Shown here: in pieces, positions 4,603 to 5,010 of the stretch | Layout of the letters: the number at the start of each line of letters is the position of its first letter | Numbering within the stretch: the stretch's first letter is position 1 | Source: a virus | Reading direction: 5' to 3' (one strand) | Virus genome (UHGV): UHGV-1372688 | DNA length: 5,010 bases | Notes under the pieces: generated by a model | What the model was told of the DNA's origin: nothing | Databases searched by the model: none | What the model saw: the letters and a program-made list of their open reading frames with translations, nothing else | Made by a program: the position numbers and the translations under genes

Positions 4603-5010
4603 CTATATTTTTTTAACAGAATTTGTATTCTGTCTTTGCCAATTTTTATAAGTCTCTGCTCTCTCTCTACCCTCATCAAGAACTTTATAATACATAGATA
4701 TTTTAGTAGTATAACCTTGATTATATAAATCTCTATATACTTCAGCAAAATAAAGCTCTCTTTCGCTTTGATAAAGTTCAATAGCTGCCACTAATTCCTC
4801 ATTACCACTCTCTAGTCCTTTTCTTATCCAATTTCTAGGAATAGCACATTTTCCATACTTGGTTGTACAATAACCAAGTTTAAGTAAATTCTTATAATTA
4901 TCAATAAACCACTGATAACCTAACATTTCACGAGGGAAAACAACATAAGGCTTTCTAATTACCTCTCCAGTCTCCTCATCAATAAAGTTATCTCTAGGAA
5001 TATCAGCATT
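4603..5010 (-). CDS. Hypothetical protein, 5' partial. The ORF is open from the window end; the track's 107-aa version starts at an internal Met at 4926.
   Basis: Minus-strand frame is open from 5010 down to the TAG at 4605..4603 (135 codons: ...NADIPRDNFIDEETGEVIRKPYVVFPREMLGYQWFIDNYK...SVKKI). There is no SD in front of the Met at 4926, so the true start probably lies beyond the window. No motif I can recognise. Confidence 0.5.
   Translation of the reverse strand, partial: NADIPRDNFIDEETGEVIRKPYVVFPREMLGYQWFIDNYKNLLKLGYCTTKYGKCAIPRNWIRKGLESGNEELVAAIELYQSERELYFAEVYRDLYNQGYTTKISMYYKVLDEGRERAETYKNWQRQNTNSVKKI

Noticed and set aside
4593-4781. N-terminal 63-aa extension of the 172-aa track ORF
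   Set aside because: It overlaps the 3' end of the upstream gene out of frame and is I/K/L low-complexity sequence. A well-placed SD and ATG at 4592 give a cleaner 109-aa gene.

Overview
This window reads as most of a small circular ssDNA phage genome of the family Microviridae. All confident genes are on the minus strand, so the window is given as the complement of the coding (virion-sense) strand. It looks gokushovirus-like.

Minus-strand order, 5' to 3': a partial ORF entering from the window end (4603..5010); a 109-aa acidic protein (4263..4592); a 29-aa hydrophobic micro-ORF inside a 228-nt 'intergenic' gap; a VP2-like DNA pilot protein (3312..4034, glycine-zipper N-terminus plus coiled coil); an unlisted 32-aa basic micro-ORF whose stop overlaps the VP1 start as TAATG; the VP1 major capsid protein (1480..3063; FDLS, LQPND and FFAFWVPNRILW signatures); a 131-aa acidic protein ending in (PEPQ)n, encoded by a 12-nt tandem repeat; a clean rho-independent terminator; a roughly 350-nt intergenic region dense with G/C-rich inverted repeats; and the rolling-circle Rep VP4 (1..672, running off the window start; motif I LLNLTV, HUH motif HFHVIIY, two-tyrosine motif III YVTKYVVK).

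Nearly every gene has a strong Shine-Dalgarno (AGGAGG, AAGGAG or GAGGTG) 4-8 nt upstream of its ATG. Several ORF-track 'M' starts are actually TTG, and I corrected them to downstream ATGs (VP2 to 4034, the 109-aa gene to 4592, Rep start to 672). Plus-strand ORFs and ORFs nested in VP1 are judged spurious.

Things worth a second look:
- the J/VP8-like micro-ORF coupled to VP1
- a candidate origin or packaging three-way-junction cluster at 806-913, plus a TTAATAACA palindrome
- the same GTCGCA/TGCGAC hairpin stem used at two intergenic sites
- the hydrophobic 29-aa peptide
- VP2 lying upstream of VP1, which I believe is unusual for gokushoviruses

No similarity search or HMM could be run, so all family assignments rest on motifs I can read directly.
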